Positions 43,763-56,497 of a stretch of 64,000 nucleotides of DNA are shown here, one piece after another (position 1 is the first letter of the stretch; each line of letters starts with the position of its first letter). The position numbers and the translations under genes are program-made. Source of the DNA: Bispira polyomma. Lineage: Eukaryota. The notes below the pieces were generated by a model. The model worked only from the letters and a program-made list of their open reading frames with translations. It was not told the DNA's origin and ran no database searches. The DNA lies in assembly GCA_965649765.1 (NCBI GenBank), contig OZ287750.1, forward strand, positions 7,378,001-7,442,000. Reading direction: 5' to 3'.

Positions 43763-45875
43763 AAACTGATGTGAAACATCTGACATTATGTGGGACATAT
43801 ACTTTGTGAATATAACTATCGAAAAGACTTTATCCATTTCTAATACAATTTGTCATTTAGTGACCTCTTGTTTTGATATCCTGGACAAGATGATCTTTTA
43901 CTGTACGTAACATTGGATAGCTCATCCATTTTGTGGAGACTTTACACAATTCTTAAGTAATGTGCTCATTATTCATTCCAAATATCTAAGTAAACTGTAA
44001 ATGATTGCAGGTATAAAACAAGCCAACTATTGGACAATAATTGTGTAAATTTCATACCAAGAAAGACACTGTGATGATTTTGTTAAGTTTATAAACATTT
44101 GTAACCTGAACAGAAATTCCGTCCATAATTGAAATAATGTTGTGAAATAAAATGTGGATGATCTGAAATGCTTTGTTGTTTTTTTCTCAATGTTCACTAG
44201 CAGGATCAACAAGGCAGGACACGTACTGATACACCAGTTTCCACTGGAATAAAATTTCTACAACATGGTCCTCTCTCCACCTTGTTATAGCATTTATATT
44301 GTGGGAGACTAGGTGCTAAATTTGACCATAGAAACAGTGGATCAGTTGTCAAACTTGGAGAGTCAGCGATCTTATAACTGAATGGCTGTAGAAGGTCTTT
44401 TCACTAGTTCTGTCAAATGTTTGAACTTTTCAAGGTATTTTCTGCTTGATCCCATAAACTAACCTAAGAAAGGGCGGTAATCACTCACTACTTTAGAATT
44501 GTTTACTCCTCCAACAAAAATACTGCACAGAGATATGATTTGCAGGAAGTAACTCTGAAACTTAGAATGGGTTTCAAATATACTAAACTGTACGAAAGTT
44601 TATAATCTGGTAGGAAAGTTTATAATCTGAAATATTAATACTCTGAAATCAGTTGGTTTTAACGATTAGTGTGGCTTAAAGATTTCACTTTCCTAGTTGT
44701 CATGAAGAGCTCATAATTTTAGTGCATGAAGATCAAAATGCATTTTATTGTCCTTGATAAACAACTGGAGCCATTTTATGGGGAAAAAATACCTACAGTC
44801 CTTTATAATTAGTCATGAATAGCTTGACCCTAATGGGTCATACGATTTATGCATAGGGTGACCCTAATGGGTCATACGATTTAAGAATAGGATGACCCTT
44901 ATGGGTCTCAGTAGTTGGCCTGTTTTATATCAGTGATATATGTGTGGAATGAGGAAGTCAGATGCAGGTTTGGGAATTTATTTAAAAGATTTCTATTTAC
45001 AACTGTACAGAATTTTAAAATATGAATTTTAAAACATGCCATAAAAGAGGTTAAACCTCACCATAAAATATCCCATTTTCACAAAACCTACCCTTAAACA
45101 GGGTGGTGGGTGGGGAAGAAAAAGTACATGTGTTTACGGCTTGCTTCCAAGCATAAGAATGTTTACACAAAGAAAAGGCGGCAAAAAACCCCCCAGTAAA
45201 CAAATTGTTGATACAACCTCTGATTGGTGTTTACGTTGCTACACACTTAAGTCACCAATCAATACAGTAAGGTACATAAAATTAGAATACAGTAAAGACT
45301 TCTTATAATGACTGAAGGGCCATGCTAGTGAACTTGCAGTGACATCTACAGTCCTTTATAATTAGTCATGAATAGCTTGACCCTAATGGGTCATACGATT
45401 TATGCATAGGGTGACCTTAATGGGTCTCAGTAGTTGGCCTGTTTTATATCAGTGATATATGTGTGGAATGAGGAAGTCAGATGCAGGTTTGGGAATTTTT
45501 TTTTTTGTTTTTATCTTTTTTTTTATTGCCTCTTTTTTGTACATTTTATGTTACATACAGTTAATAAAGAAAAAGACCCACAAAAACATGTGCATCATTC
45601 AAAAACATCATACAGTATGTATTTTACAAAGTACATCAATTTTTAAATTTTCGTTAGTAGTTTATGTCAGAAATATTTCACTGTACTTTAAAATTCTATA
45701 ACTTTTAAATTTTTTAACAAGACCAAAATTGTCATAACAGGAAAAAACTTAATTACAGAAAACAAAAATTTAAACCTATTTCAAATAATAAACAAAGTAC
45801 ATCTGTTACAAAGTATAAATCTACAAGTCAAACAACTGAATTAATGGTTTTCATTTTTTTTTCAAAAACATCTTT

Positions 45876-46690
45876 TCATCCCTGTTTAAAAAGATATAAA
45901 TTTTTTTCTAAATTATAATGATACTTAAGATATTCCATTAACTTATTTTCAAAGAGTTTTCCTTCCAAACATTTTGTTACATATATATATCTTTTTATAA
46001 TACTGAAAATGTGATTTAATAATGGAGCATTTTCTCCATCTACTACTCCTAATAGGAAGTTTTCATATGAAAAGGTATTATTCCAGGAGATAAAATTTGA
46101 CAAACTGTTTTAATACTACCTAACAATTCTGTTACCTTAGAACATGTCCAAAAGAGGTGTCCAATTGTTTCAGTTTCCTGCCCACAAAAATAGCACAAGT
46201 CATCCGTTGAAATTTTTACCAAAAATAACCAACTTTTAGTTACAAGTACATTTGTTAATATTTTATACTGGAAAGCTCGCATTTTACTTTCGATTGTTGA
46301 CTTATAGTTTGCTAGGAAAGATAGTTCCCATTGCTTTTTGGTTCTGTGTGCAGGTAAAATCCTATTCCACTTTTCAATAAAATTATTTGATCCAAATATC
46401 AAATTCACAAATGTCCAATAAGTTCCTTGGCATACCTTCTTCATATTTTTAACATTGACTATACATTTCTGTTCTAATTCACTTAACTTAAGCTATCTCT
46501 TTTCTGTGGCAATAATATTTCTCCACTCCCAAGGAACAGAATGGATTAAGCTATAATAATCAACAAAAGTTAAGGCAACTTGAAAGATATGACAAAAACT
46601 ATTGTAACCACACAATAAGCCTTGTTCATCTAACAGATCATTTATGACGTTCAGGCCTTTCTCAGTCAAAAAAATTTTACGCTGTAAAAG
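45876..46690 (-). pseudogene. LINE ORF2 C-terminal region with CCHC (zf-RVT-like) motif
   Basis: RAFQYKILTNVLVTKSWL..DLCYFCGQETETIGHLFWTCSKV, broken by frameshifts and stops. Confidence 0.85.
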
Positions 46691-46996
46691 ATAAAAGATT
46701 TCTTTTTATTGCGATAAATATCCTTACCTTATCCTCACTAAGTGCTTTTATTCATTTTGAATAATTGCTCGACCAAAAGTCTTTTATAAAGACTATTCTT
46801 GTTTCTTAATTTTCCCTCTCTCTCGACAAAGAGGCCCGCGCATGCGCAGGAAGTGTTGTCACTTCTGTTAGTGCTTGCACACCTCAGATTCATTTTGGTC
46901 GTTCGACTAGACAGACCTCCATTTTGCTCGGCCAATTTACCATATTGACCGTTTTTAAGATAGGGTTTTATTTTTTTATGTGTATTTGACTGAGGT

Positions 46997-48534
46997 ATGG
47001 CGGAAAACGAACTGATTTCTTCCGTCTCCTGTCAGAGGCTTGCCCCGAAGTGTGGACACAAAGTTTACGATTTTGACCACCATGGTCATTGCCTTACATG
47101 CAGAGACAAGGGGCTTGGGGCTGATGTTTGTGTTTCTTCCAGTCCTGAGGACTGTTACTTATATATGCAGATGACGACTGACCAGACCAGACGTCTTCCA
47201 GCTAGAAGATTGAAGTTTCACAAGCTTCCTGCTTCTAATGTCACAGATGATAGCCTTCTGGATGAGGCATCTCCAACTTCCATGAAGAAAGATGATCCTC
47301 TTCAACTAATACTAGCTGAGCTAGGTCAACTATCTCAACGTTTAGAGAAAGTGGAATGTAGAGGCAGAGCCTCAAAAACCAGTACTTTCTCAAGAAATGA
47401 TGAATCTGAAGAAGATTTTCATTCTTCTAGACGTAGAAGGAAAAGATCTGAGTCACCCATGGATGTTAATCAAACGACTGACCAGGGTGACCACGTGGCA
47501 GAGAAAGAGGAGGACCCCTCTTATAGGCAGCTATTGGGGACAGTGAGATCTTTGCTGGAACATCAGAACCCAGCACAAAACCTGCCAAAATCTTTGGAAA
47601 CAGAGATAGAAGTCAAAAACCACCAGTACTTCCCCTTATTCTGCCTCCTGTTGACGAAGTAGTGTCTCGTTGGAAATTTTATGAAGATCTGGCTGCGGGA
47701 CGTCCCGATCCTAAGAACACTGAAGTTCTAGATTCTACGCCCATCAACAAAGGTAGTTTTATCAACTACTCCAGACCAGCCATGAGGTTCTACCGATCGA
47801 CCTCTAATGCATTTTCGCTCACAGTGCCGAAGTGCCAGGACGCCTTCAAATGCATCATGGCGAAAAACACCTCACAACCTTATAATGTGCATATTCCAAT
47901 GAAGCAGGTCGCCCAAATGGAGACGGTTTTGAGGGAAAACATTCAGGTACTGAGTTATGTATCTCATTTTATAAGGGCGTTAGACAAGACTCTCTCTGAT
48001 TCTAACTCAAATGTATTAGCCTTGGCGGATTTAGTGAAGGAAGATGAGGCCACCAGACATACTATAAAAGTGGGCTATAACCTTCAAATTGCTGGCGCCA
48101 TTTTGGGTTCGGTAGACAAAGTACTGGAGACAACAGTCGACACTTCCATTGCCCTGGCTTGCAACTTACAACTAGCTCGTAGGGATTCCATATTAAAGAT
48201 ATGCTGTTCGCCCCTTGACGAACATGATTCAAATAGACTCAGGAGGAAGGGTTTCCTCACTTCTGACCTATTCAACCCAACCACCTTGAATGACATTGAG
48301 AAGAAACAGGCTAAAGCCAGATTTAAACAACCTTCTCCAAAAAGACCCAGGTATTCTGAGTCCAAATCGTCTTACAACAAACAGAATTACCAACAGACTT
48401 ATCACAGTAAAAATATTACATTCAAGCCCAACCAGAACTGGTCGAAAGGCCGTGGAACCGATTTTAAGAAGTCCACTAGTTACCAGAGTCAGACCAGCAC
48501 ACGTGGCAGAAGGGGCAGTGGGCGGCGTACGTGA
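46997..48534 (+). pseudogene. DIRS gag-like ORF1 (frameshifted near 47600-47660)
   Basis: N-terminal Cys/His cluster (CGH...DHHGHCLTC), C-terminal LQLARRDSIL motif typical of DIRS ORF1, and a basic tail. Confidence 0.75.
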
Positions 48535-48539
48535 CAATC

Positions 48540-50420
48540 AAGGATCTGGTGGGGGCCGCTTAGCAGACTATTGGCAGGTATGGAAAAATTTAAAGTGCCA
48601 TCCTCGAGCTGTGCAAATTCTGAGATACGGGTACCAAATTTTGCCGAAAATCAGAGTGTCGTTAACCAGAAACCCGGATGTTTTGAGCGGTTACAAAGAC
48701 AAAGAGAAGCAAGCTTTTCTCAAAGAATGTGTGGCCCAAATGCTAGAAAAACGAGCGATTTGCAAGGTAAACCATTCAACAACTTTGGGGTTTTACAGCT
48801 GAATATTTCTGGTACCCAAACCTTTGAAAAAATGGCGGCCAGTGATCGATTTGAGTGTTTTAAACAGAAATCTCCATGTCCCAACATTCAAGATGGAGAC
48901 AGCAGAGGTTATTTGCAGTTCACTGAGAAAAGGGGAGTGGGTAGCGTCCATAGATTTAACCGACGCCTACTTCCATATACCGATTCATCCAAATTCTAAA
49001 AAATTCCTGCGTTTCAATGTCGATCACCAGTCATATCAGTTCCAGGCGCTTCCGTTTGGCATTGCCACAGCCCCACTAGAGTTCACACGGGTCGTGAAAG
49101 AAACAAAATTAGTACTGCAAGCACAGGGAATCAGAATTCATCAGTACATAGACGACTGGTTAATTCGGTCCCCATCTCTTGAGAAAAGCCGAATCCAGAT
49201 ACCGAAGATGGTTGCATTAGTACAACAAATGGGCTGGTTAATCAATTTCAAAAAGTCAGAACTCCAGCCCACTCAAGTGATCGATTTCCTGGGTTACCAT
49301 TTCGATTTAAAGGCGGGCCTAGTCACACCAACCGAAAAGAAATGGTCGAAACTCTTGCTTCTAGTGAACAAGGTCAAAAACTCCAAGGTCATTACTCCCA
49401 GAATACTAATGTCCTTGATAGGCATTATGGCCAGCATGGAAAAAACAGTACCTTTTGGCAGGCTACATATGAGACCTTGCCAGTGGTACCTGAAATCCCA
49501 TTGGAAACATCCCCAGTCTTTGGACATTCAGATCCCGGTTTCAGCCCAGTTAAGGAACCATCTACAATGGTGGGAAGACCCCTTAAATGTCATGGTAGGA
49601 GAAGATTTGCATCCAAGAGAGCACAATCTTCTTCTATTCACAGACGCATCCAACATAGGTTGGGGGGCACATCTAGGCGATTTGGCCGCCAGTGGTCACT
49701 GGTCAAGTCTAGAAAGAGGCTTACATATAAACCTGCTCGAACTAAAGGCAGTATATCTTGCTCTAAAAACTTTCCAAAACCAAGTTTGGCAACAAAGAGT
49801 TCTAATAGCCTCAGACAACTCATCCGTCGTTTCATATCTGAACAAACAAGGCGGCACTCGATTACTAGAAATGTGTCTCATGGTTTGGCGGATACTTGCC
49901 TTCTGCAACCCCAGAAAGATCAGGGTTCGAGCCCGTCATATACAGGGTTCACTGAATGTGATAGCAGACAGCCTATCTCGGAAAGACAAAATAATTCAAA
50001 CCGAGTGGTCTTTACACCCAAAAATGTTCAAGCTCCTATGTCAAAGCTTATACACACCACAAATAGACCTGTTTGCCACATCCAAAAATCACAAGCTACC
50101 TCTGTATGTGTCCCCAATACCAGATGCCCATACCCTGGAGGTAGATGCATTGAACATCTCCTGGGAGGGTCTGGACGGCTATGCCTTTTGTCCAGTACCT
50201 CTTTTACCCAAGCTGGTTCAGAAAATGCTAACTTACCAGTGTCGAATAATGGTCTTAGCTTCGGGATGGCGGGGATGACATGGTTTTGGGATCTAGTGGA
50301 CCTATCAATAAGACCTCCACTCCTAATACCTCAATGGCCTCATCTTCTAAAGCAACCATTCGGCCTCCAATATCACCAAAACCTGTCATATCTAAATCTC
50401 CATGTCTGGATACTGGAATC
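48540..50420 (+). pseudogene. DIRS RT-RNase H-methyltransferase-like ORF (internal stop at 48800-48802, frameshift ~50270)
   Basis: GGRLADYWQVW, GFYS*IFLVPK, WRPVIDL, IDLTDAYFHIPI, LPFG, YIDDWL, FTDAS..GWGA, HINLLELKAV, SDN, ADSLSR, IDLFAT, YAFCP. Confidence 0.93.
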
Positions 50421-51487
50421 TCCATGCCAACAGAATCCCAGTATTCCAGATCAGTGGAAGAACGAATTAAGGCACCTCAGAGACCATCCTCTAGACGAGT
50501 GTATGAATCAAGGTGGGCCTTATTTGAACAATGGGCTTCAGAGAATAAGGTGGTCAGCTCCTCAGCTAATATAGCTCAAATAGCAGATTTCTTACTATTC
50601 CTGTTTCAGAAACGAAATCTCAAACCTGCTACAATAGCTGGATACCAAACTGCTATTGCAGATCATTTGGGCACCCCAGGACTAGAAGTCTCAAAAAGTC
50701 TTGATCTGAACAGACTTCTAGCTAGCTTCTATAGGGACAAACCTACCAAAGACAGAGGTATACCTAGTTGGGATCTATCATTGGTACTATTAGCTTTAAC
50801 TAAGCCTCCTTTTGAACCAATTAAAGAGGCTTCCTTGAAACTTGTTACCTTCAAAACGGTATTTTTGATGGCCTTAGCCTCTGGCAAAAGAAGAGGTGAA
50901 ATACATGCCTGGACCTTTAAATCACTCAAACATAAACCACACTGGAAAGAGGTCACAGTAGCTCCCTCACCAGTATTTTTAGCTAAAAACCAGTTGGCTT
51001 CCCAGGGTCCTGATACCATTAAGCCTGTGCTCATCCCAGCTTTGAGTCCATTTTTGGATGACACCTTAGTTGAGGACATCACATTGTGCCCTGTGAGATC
51101 TCTGAAACATTACCTCAAACATACCCAGGATCTCAGGAAAGGAAAACATTTACTATTCATATCTTTCTGGGAGGGTTTTAGTAAAGATATACAGAGATCT
51201 ACTATCTCATCCTGGCTTAAGCAGATCATCATTTTGGCCTACCAGCATGCTGACACTGAAATTGAAAATCTGTGTCAAGTTAAGGCCCACGATTTGAGAT
51301 CCATGGCGGCCTCATTGGCCTTTAAAGGGGGGTCTCTTTAGACCAGATACTGGGAGCTTGCTTCTGGAAGTCACATAACACCTTTACTAACTTCTACTTG
51401 AAAGATGTAGCTTGGCAATCTAGGGATGATGCAGACTTTTCCTTAGGTCCTGTAGTCTCTGCACAACACATTGTCCACCATACTTAA
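50280..51487 (+). pseudogene. DIRS tyrosine recombinase (1-nt frameshift in the G run at ~51330)
   Basis: LASGKRRGEIHA, LCPVRSL and HDLRSMAAS, continuing in the shifted frame as SLDQILGACFWKSHNTFTNFYLKD to TAA at 51487. Confidence 0.92.
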
Positions 51488-52747
51488 GTGAGTGCATTCT
51501 AGACTTCTTTTGACACATTATTGTTTCTAGGAATTGGAAACTCTTGTGTTGATTGTCTTTGTAGTTTATGTTGCTCATGAAATGTACCTAACTACAACAT
51601 GGATACACTATATGCTGATGATATATGTTTATCTTCTATTTTCAGGCCTCCTAGTTTCTACTTAAGAAGACTAGCGTCGGCTTGGGCAATTGCTACCATC
51701 ATCATGACGGTAACACCTGACAACAGATGACAGCAACTGCCCGACCAATTTGTTCATCACACCACATGTACAGATGTACCAATGTTAAGATCTTCACAAG
51801 ATGGGGATCATCGTTATAAAGAATTCTTAAGGATCTTTCCAGGAGGAGGATCAGCATAGCAATAGATGAATTAGGTAAGCCATAGCTTCATCTTTTTATT
51901 TGCTAAATCAAATGCTGAATTTGTCAAGTACAATGAAATACACAATAGTACTAGTACAGTATAGTACAATGAGTAAGAATAGTTATGTTTAGGGTATTCC
52001 TATGAAACATTTACCTAATCATTTCTGATATCTATTCTAAGAGTTACAGGGAGTTAGACTAGGGAATTACAGTGGGCCCATGTAATAGCTGACCAAATTA
52101 TCTCTAAGTTTCTTTTTGTAAGATAAATACTTACCTTATCCTCACTAGTGAGATGCCCACCCACCAAACCCCACTTATTTGTGTGGCCAGGCTTTCCAAA
52201 ATTGAATCTGAGGCATGCAAGCACTAACAGAAGTGACAGCATTTCCTGCGCATGCGCAGGCCTCTTTGTCGAGAGAGAGGGAAAATTAAGAAACAAGAAT
52301 AGTCTTTATAAAAAAGACTTTTGGTCGAGCAATTATTCAAAATGAATAAAAGCACTTAGTGAGGATAAGGTAAGTATTTATCTTACAAAAAGATAAATTA
52401 CAATAAATTTTTTCAATTTGTTAGAAAGTGACTGTTCCATATAGGATAGGTTCTAATATCGATTTGCTGAGTAAATGTTGTCTTATATTTTGACCAAGAT
52501 ATGAAAACTTCCTTCCAGAAGGGGTTAGAGATATTACTCGCCATCACTTGAAGAGACAGGCAGCCCAAATTCCAAACTAAAATTCTGTCAAGCCCTGTAC
52601 AAAGTTCAAAAATAAATTCGTTTTAGCCAGGAGATCTTTAGGGCTGTACCAAAAGAAAGGTTTGGGAATTTATTTAAAAGATTTCTATTTACAACTGTAC
52701 AGAATTTTAAAATATGAATTTTAAAACATGCCAAAGCCAAAGAAAGT

Positions 52748-53735
52748 TTAAATAGAATGGGGGATGATGGCAGCAAAAGTAGAAGGAATTATGGATGCTG
52801 TGTGGGAAGTGGATTCTAGATAAGCCCATACTGCATCTGACTTCCAACATCCGTGTTTTTGGATGTCCTGTAATTTTATTTTTTGATTAAATGCTAAGGA
52901 AGCTCCTGACCGGCGGAAGCAGTGGAAAGAGTGGCCCTGTAGAGGAATATTTAAATGTGTGAGCACTTGTTTCAGCATATCTCTAAGCCTTGAATCATTT
53001 AGGCCTTTTCCATTTGATCTGGGATCAGCTAAGAGTGGAGCTGAAGGTGGTAAAGGGTACTTTGTGAAAAGGGATGTAACTGCTTCCACCGGCAAAGCCA
53101 AGGATTATTTAATTTAGGCAATTGTATTATGTTTGCAGAGGTTCTGCTTTGGTTAGTCTTTGACCACTTTAGGATAAGGTGGATACCTGGTGGTGCAAAA
53201 ATCACATCTGATCTAGTAATATGTCTAGTACTATCAAATTCTTGTGCAGATGAAGGGGTTAAATTTGAGATCCTTAGGAAGCCAAAAAATGCTATGAGGA
53301 AAGCTGATCTATATAGCTCAGGAAAAGGCAATTGTGAGCAGGCCTTTGATATGTTTTGTAATTGTAGAAGGTCGAAGATTCCTTTGACCTTTGGTGTGAA
53401 AGAGGATGAGAGCTGCAGTGATTTTGTGTATAGCGAAATTCTGGGATCATATAGATCAATGTGCTGAATATTCAATAATCTACAATTGTGTCTCACTGCA
53501 GATAAGCAGTTGTTTATAGCTTTTGGTGAAATACCAGAATGAAAGAGAAACTCAAGGAAAGATATAATGGTGCTGAAACTGAATGTTTCAGTAATTTGAA
53601 AATATGTTGCAAAAGCTATGTACAGTCTAAATTGTCCGTCATACATTTTCTTCGTCCTTGGCCTATGGCTGTCGCTCATTCTCTGTACTGCTTGTAATAG
53701 TAGTGGTTGGATACATGGAGGTGTTCCTGTAATTA
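52748..53735 (-). pseudogene. Ngaro tyrosine recombinase (frameshift ~53100)
   Basis: AFFGFLRISNL, KWSKTNQ, LC/PV, FHCFRRSGA, HGCWKSDAVWAY. Confidence 0.92.
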
Positions 53736-55383
53736 AAAGGTGTTATCCATTACAAACATGTTCAAAGGTATGTCATGGTTTGTATAATTAATTAGAATTC
53801 TTTCCAGTATTCCACTATTCAGTTTGTCATAGTGTCCTATGTCGTACCACCTAGACAAAGTATCAGCTAGTATGTTATCTTTACCCCTTATGTGGTCGAT
53901 GTCAAGGTCAATGTTATGTGTCGCACAAATGAACCATAGATTCCTTATGCATAATGCTAAGTAGTCGTCTTTTGTTCTGGATGACTGCACGATTGAGACC
54001 ACCGCTGAATTATCCGATTTTATCTTTACTTTTTTGTCTCGCAGTTCTTCACCCCATGTTCTCAATGCTATCAGTACACCTAACATTTTGAAATGTACTA
54101 TTGACAAGGCGCTTGTAATAAATATGGGTATGGGAGTTTTAAACACGTTGGTGTTATAAGCTCCTCCTATGCCAGTGAGGCATGCATCTACATATATTAA
54201 TTCTTCGTGATCTCTGTTGTCACTACTGTATTTCTCCGTGCCGTTGAAATTGTGTAGAAATTTTAGAAACCAATTAAGGTCTTTGTGAAAATCGCTTGTA
54301 AGATTGATAAACTTGCTACTTCTCGAGTTACGTAATAGTGTCAACATTCTATTTATGAATATTCGAGAGGGTTTAATAACCCTGTGCATGTATAATAACT
54401 TTCCTAGAAGTGATTGGTATTTGTTCTTTTTCACTCGTTTTAGTGACACAAATTCTATGCAAGTTTCAATAATAGTATTAAGCTTTTCATCGTCTATGCT
54501 GAGCGTTTGTTTATTAATGTCTATGGTAATTCCCATACATGTTACCCTTTTACTAGGCGCGACAAGCTTGTTCTTGTTTATGGGAAGTCCTACATCTCGA
54601 AGTACGCGTTGTAAAGTGGTATATGCTAAGGTGGCCTTATCTTCAGTTTCGCAAATGATCAAATCATTGATGTAGTTAAAAACGCAATAACCTTTCTGTT
54701 TCATAATATGAGTGACTGCGTCAGAAATTTTCATAAACACAGATGTACCATGTGTTAGGCCGAAGGTCAGACTAAGGTCAATGTAGTATTTATTATTCCA
54801 CGAGTAACCCAGTTTTAGACAATCATAAGGGTCTACCCGTATATTTCTAAAAGCATTTTTTACGTCCACTTTTGCTATGGTTGCATTCTCACCTAAAGTC
54901 AAAAGTCTTGTCGTGATTTGGTCTATAGTGGGCAATTTCAGTGTGAAATTTATGCCGTCGTATTTGTCTTTCACTGTCCAGTCATTCACAGAAGCACTCA
55001 GGGTGTGAAAGATTTAAAATTAGACGTCTTTGATCTTTGTCTTTTGGATGTGTAAGAAGGGCAGAACAGTGGAAATCAGAATTAATGGGGTCACTAAAAG
55101 GTCGAATAATGGTACCTTTTCCTGTCTCTTCTGTAAAGTATTTATTAATTTTCTCTTGGTATATGATGGCTGAGTGATGATTCTTTATCACTTTAGTGTT
55201 CAGCCTGGTTCTATCATATAGTGATATAGGAAATCCAAACTCTATGTAATCAATTAATGCCTTGTCATGGTAATTATGCAAGTATTGTTTCCACATGTTC
55301 ACATTAAGGTTAGACTTAATAGGGATCCTAGCTCCCTTGTAATTGGGTACTCCTGTGGCCTTAATGATTTCTGTCACCTGCAA
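53733..55383 (-). pseudogene. Ngaro reverse transcriptase-RNase H (frameshift ~54985)
   Basis: YIEFGFP, RRLILNLSHP, KVDVKNAFR, LTFG, YIND (degenerate YIDD), YVDAC..GIG, SDN, ADTLSR. Confidence 0.92.
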
Positions 55384-56497
55384 CAGTTAGTAAGTGTTTA
55401 TATCTACTGTATCTCTACTAGGTCCAATAAACTGTTTATGTCTGTAGTCGTGTCCTATGAAACCAAATGGTCTGTCACTTATATGACCTTCGTGTTTAGA
55501 GTCTGTATAATTGTCCGTGTCTTGTTCTGTGATCAGTGTGGTAACAATGTCTTGGCGAGGAATCTCATGTATGTGATAGTCATTTGTTTCGTTCTGTTGT
55601 GTTAGTACAGTGTGTGTGCTATTGTTATGTGTGGTGTGATTCTCACTATTCAGTTTGTGATGTGTAGTGGACATATAGTCCTCTTCCTGTTTAAAATTCT
55701 ATCAATAATACTGAGATAATAATCAGTATGGCCTACTTTTGTACGTGTGTGTTCTTTTGTCTCTTGTACTTTACCAGTATTTCTTTGTTTTGTGTGTTCT
55801 CTTACACATATGGTTGTGGTGTGTATGTATTGTACTGGCCATATCTGTGATATTGTCTTAGTAGTCCTATTTCACCAAATGTCGTCATTGTTAATCACTT
55901 GTTTGTACACCCCTGAGATAGAGGGATCTTTTGTACAGGTTATGTAGAACAAATCACTGGCTTCATTCACAGTAAAGTTAGTTCTAACATATACGTCTAC
56001 GTTATGAGTTACCAAATTCAATGTGTTAGTACATGTAACTACTTGGTTAGACACAACTTCATCATATATGTCATGCTGTGATACATTAGTGTTCATTAAG
56101 TCCTCGTACTGTTCATCATTCCCATGGTATAAATTACTGTCTCTCCTCATGGGAAAACTTGTACTATGTTCAATAGTTTTACTAAAAAGGTCTACACTAT
56201 CTACTTGCACACTGTCATTATCTTCAGTATTTCTACTAGAAAATACATGATACATTACTTGTTCAGTCACTATGTTCACATTTCTACTTGCGCCTTTACA
56301 ACAATACTTTTGACTACACATATCTGAATTGCCTAACTTAACATTTTTGGAAAAAACTCATTATTCGTCCCTACATTAAAAATATCATTGGACGTAATGC
56401 ACTCTTTAGGTGTCACAGACTTGATGTTCTGTCTACACTTTCCTTTACTAAAATCAGATAAACTCATGGCGATGGATTCCGTCGGCAGCCCGTAACC

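Larger units (their letters stand above)
46700..52393 (+). mobile_element. DIRS1-type tyrosine-recombinase retrotransposon (ITRs + ICR)
   Basis: Left ITR ~46700-46898 is inverted relative to right ITR ~52196-52393. ICR-like 52111-52147 is exactly complementary to the right end 52357-52393. gag, RT/RNaseH/MT and YR ORFs are present. Exact ends are uncertain by ~15 bp. Confidence 0.94.
45499..52657 (-). mobile_element. 5'-truncated L1/Tx1-like LINE inserted in Ngaro repeat B1 (interrupted by DIRS)
   Basis: 14-bp TSD AGGTTTGGGAATTT (45485-45498 and 52658-52671) and a poly(A)-like tail read as a T run at ~45499-45525. ORF2 remnants lie on both sides of the DIRS: TALKISWLKR, NPFWKEV..PIWNS (52400-52657) and EKGLNVINDLL, FQYKIL..CYFC..ETIGHLFWTC (45876-46690). 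Confidence 0.92.

Noticed and set aside
49342-50574. 410-aa alternative-frame ORF over the DIRS RT
   Set aside because: Overlapping frames are usual in DIRS. Only its last ~55 codons from GMTWFWDL are the frameshifted end of the MT-like domain.
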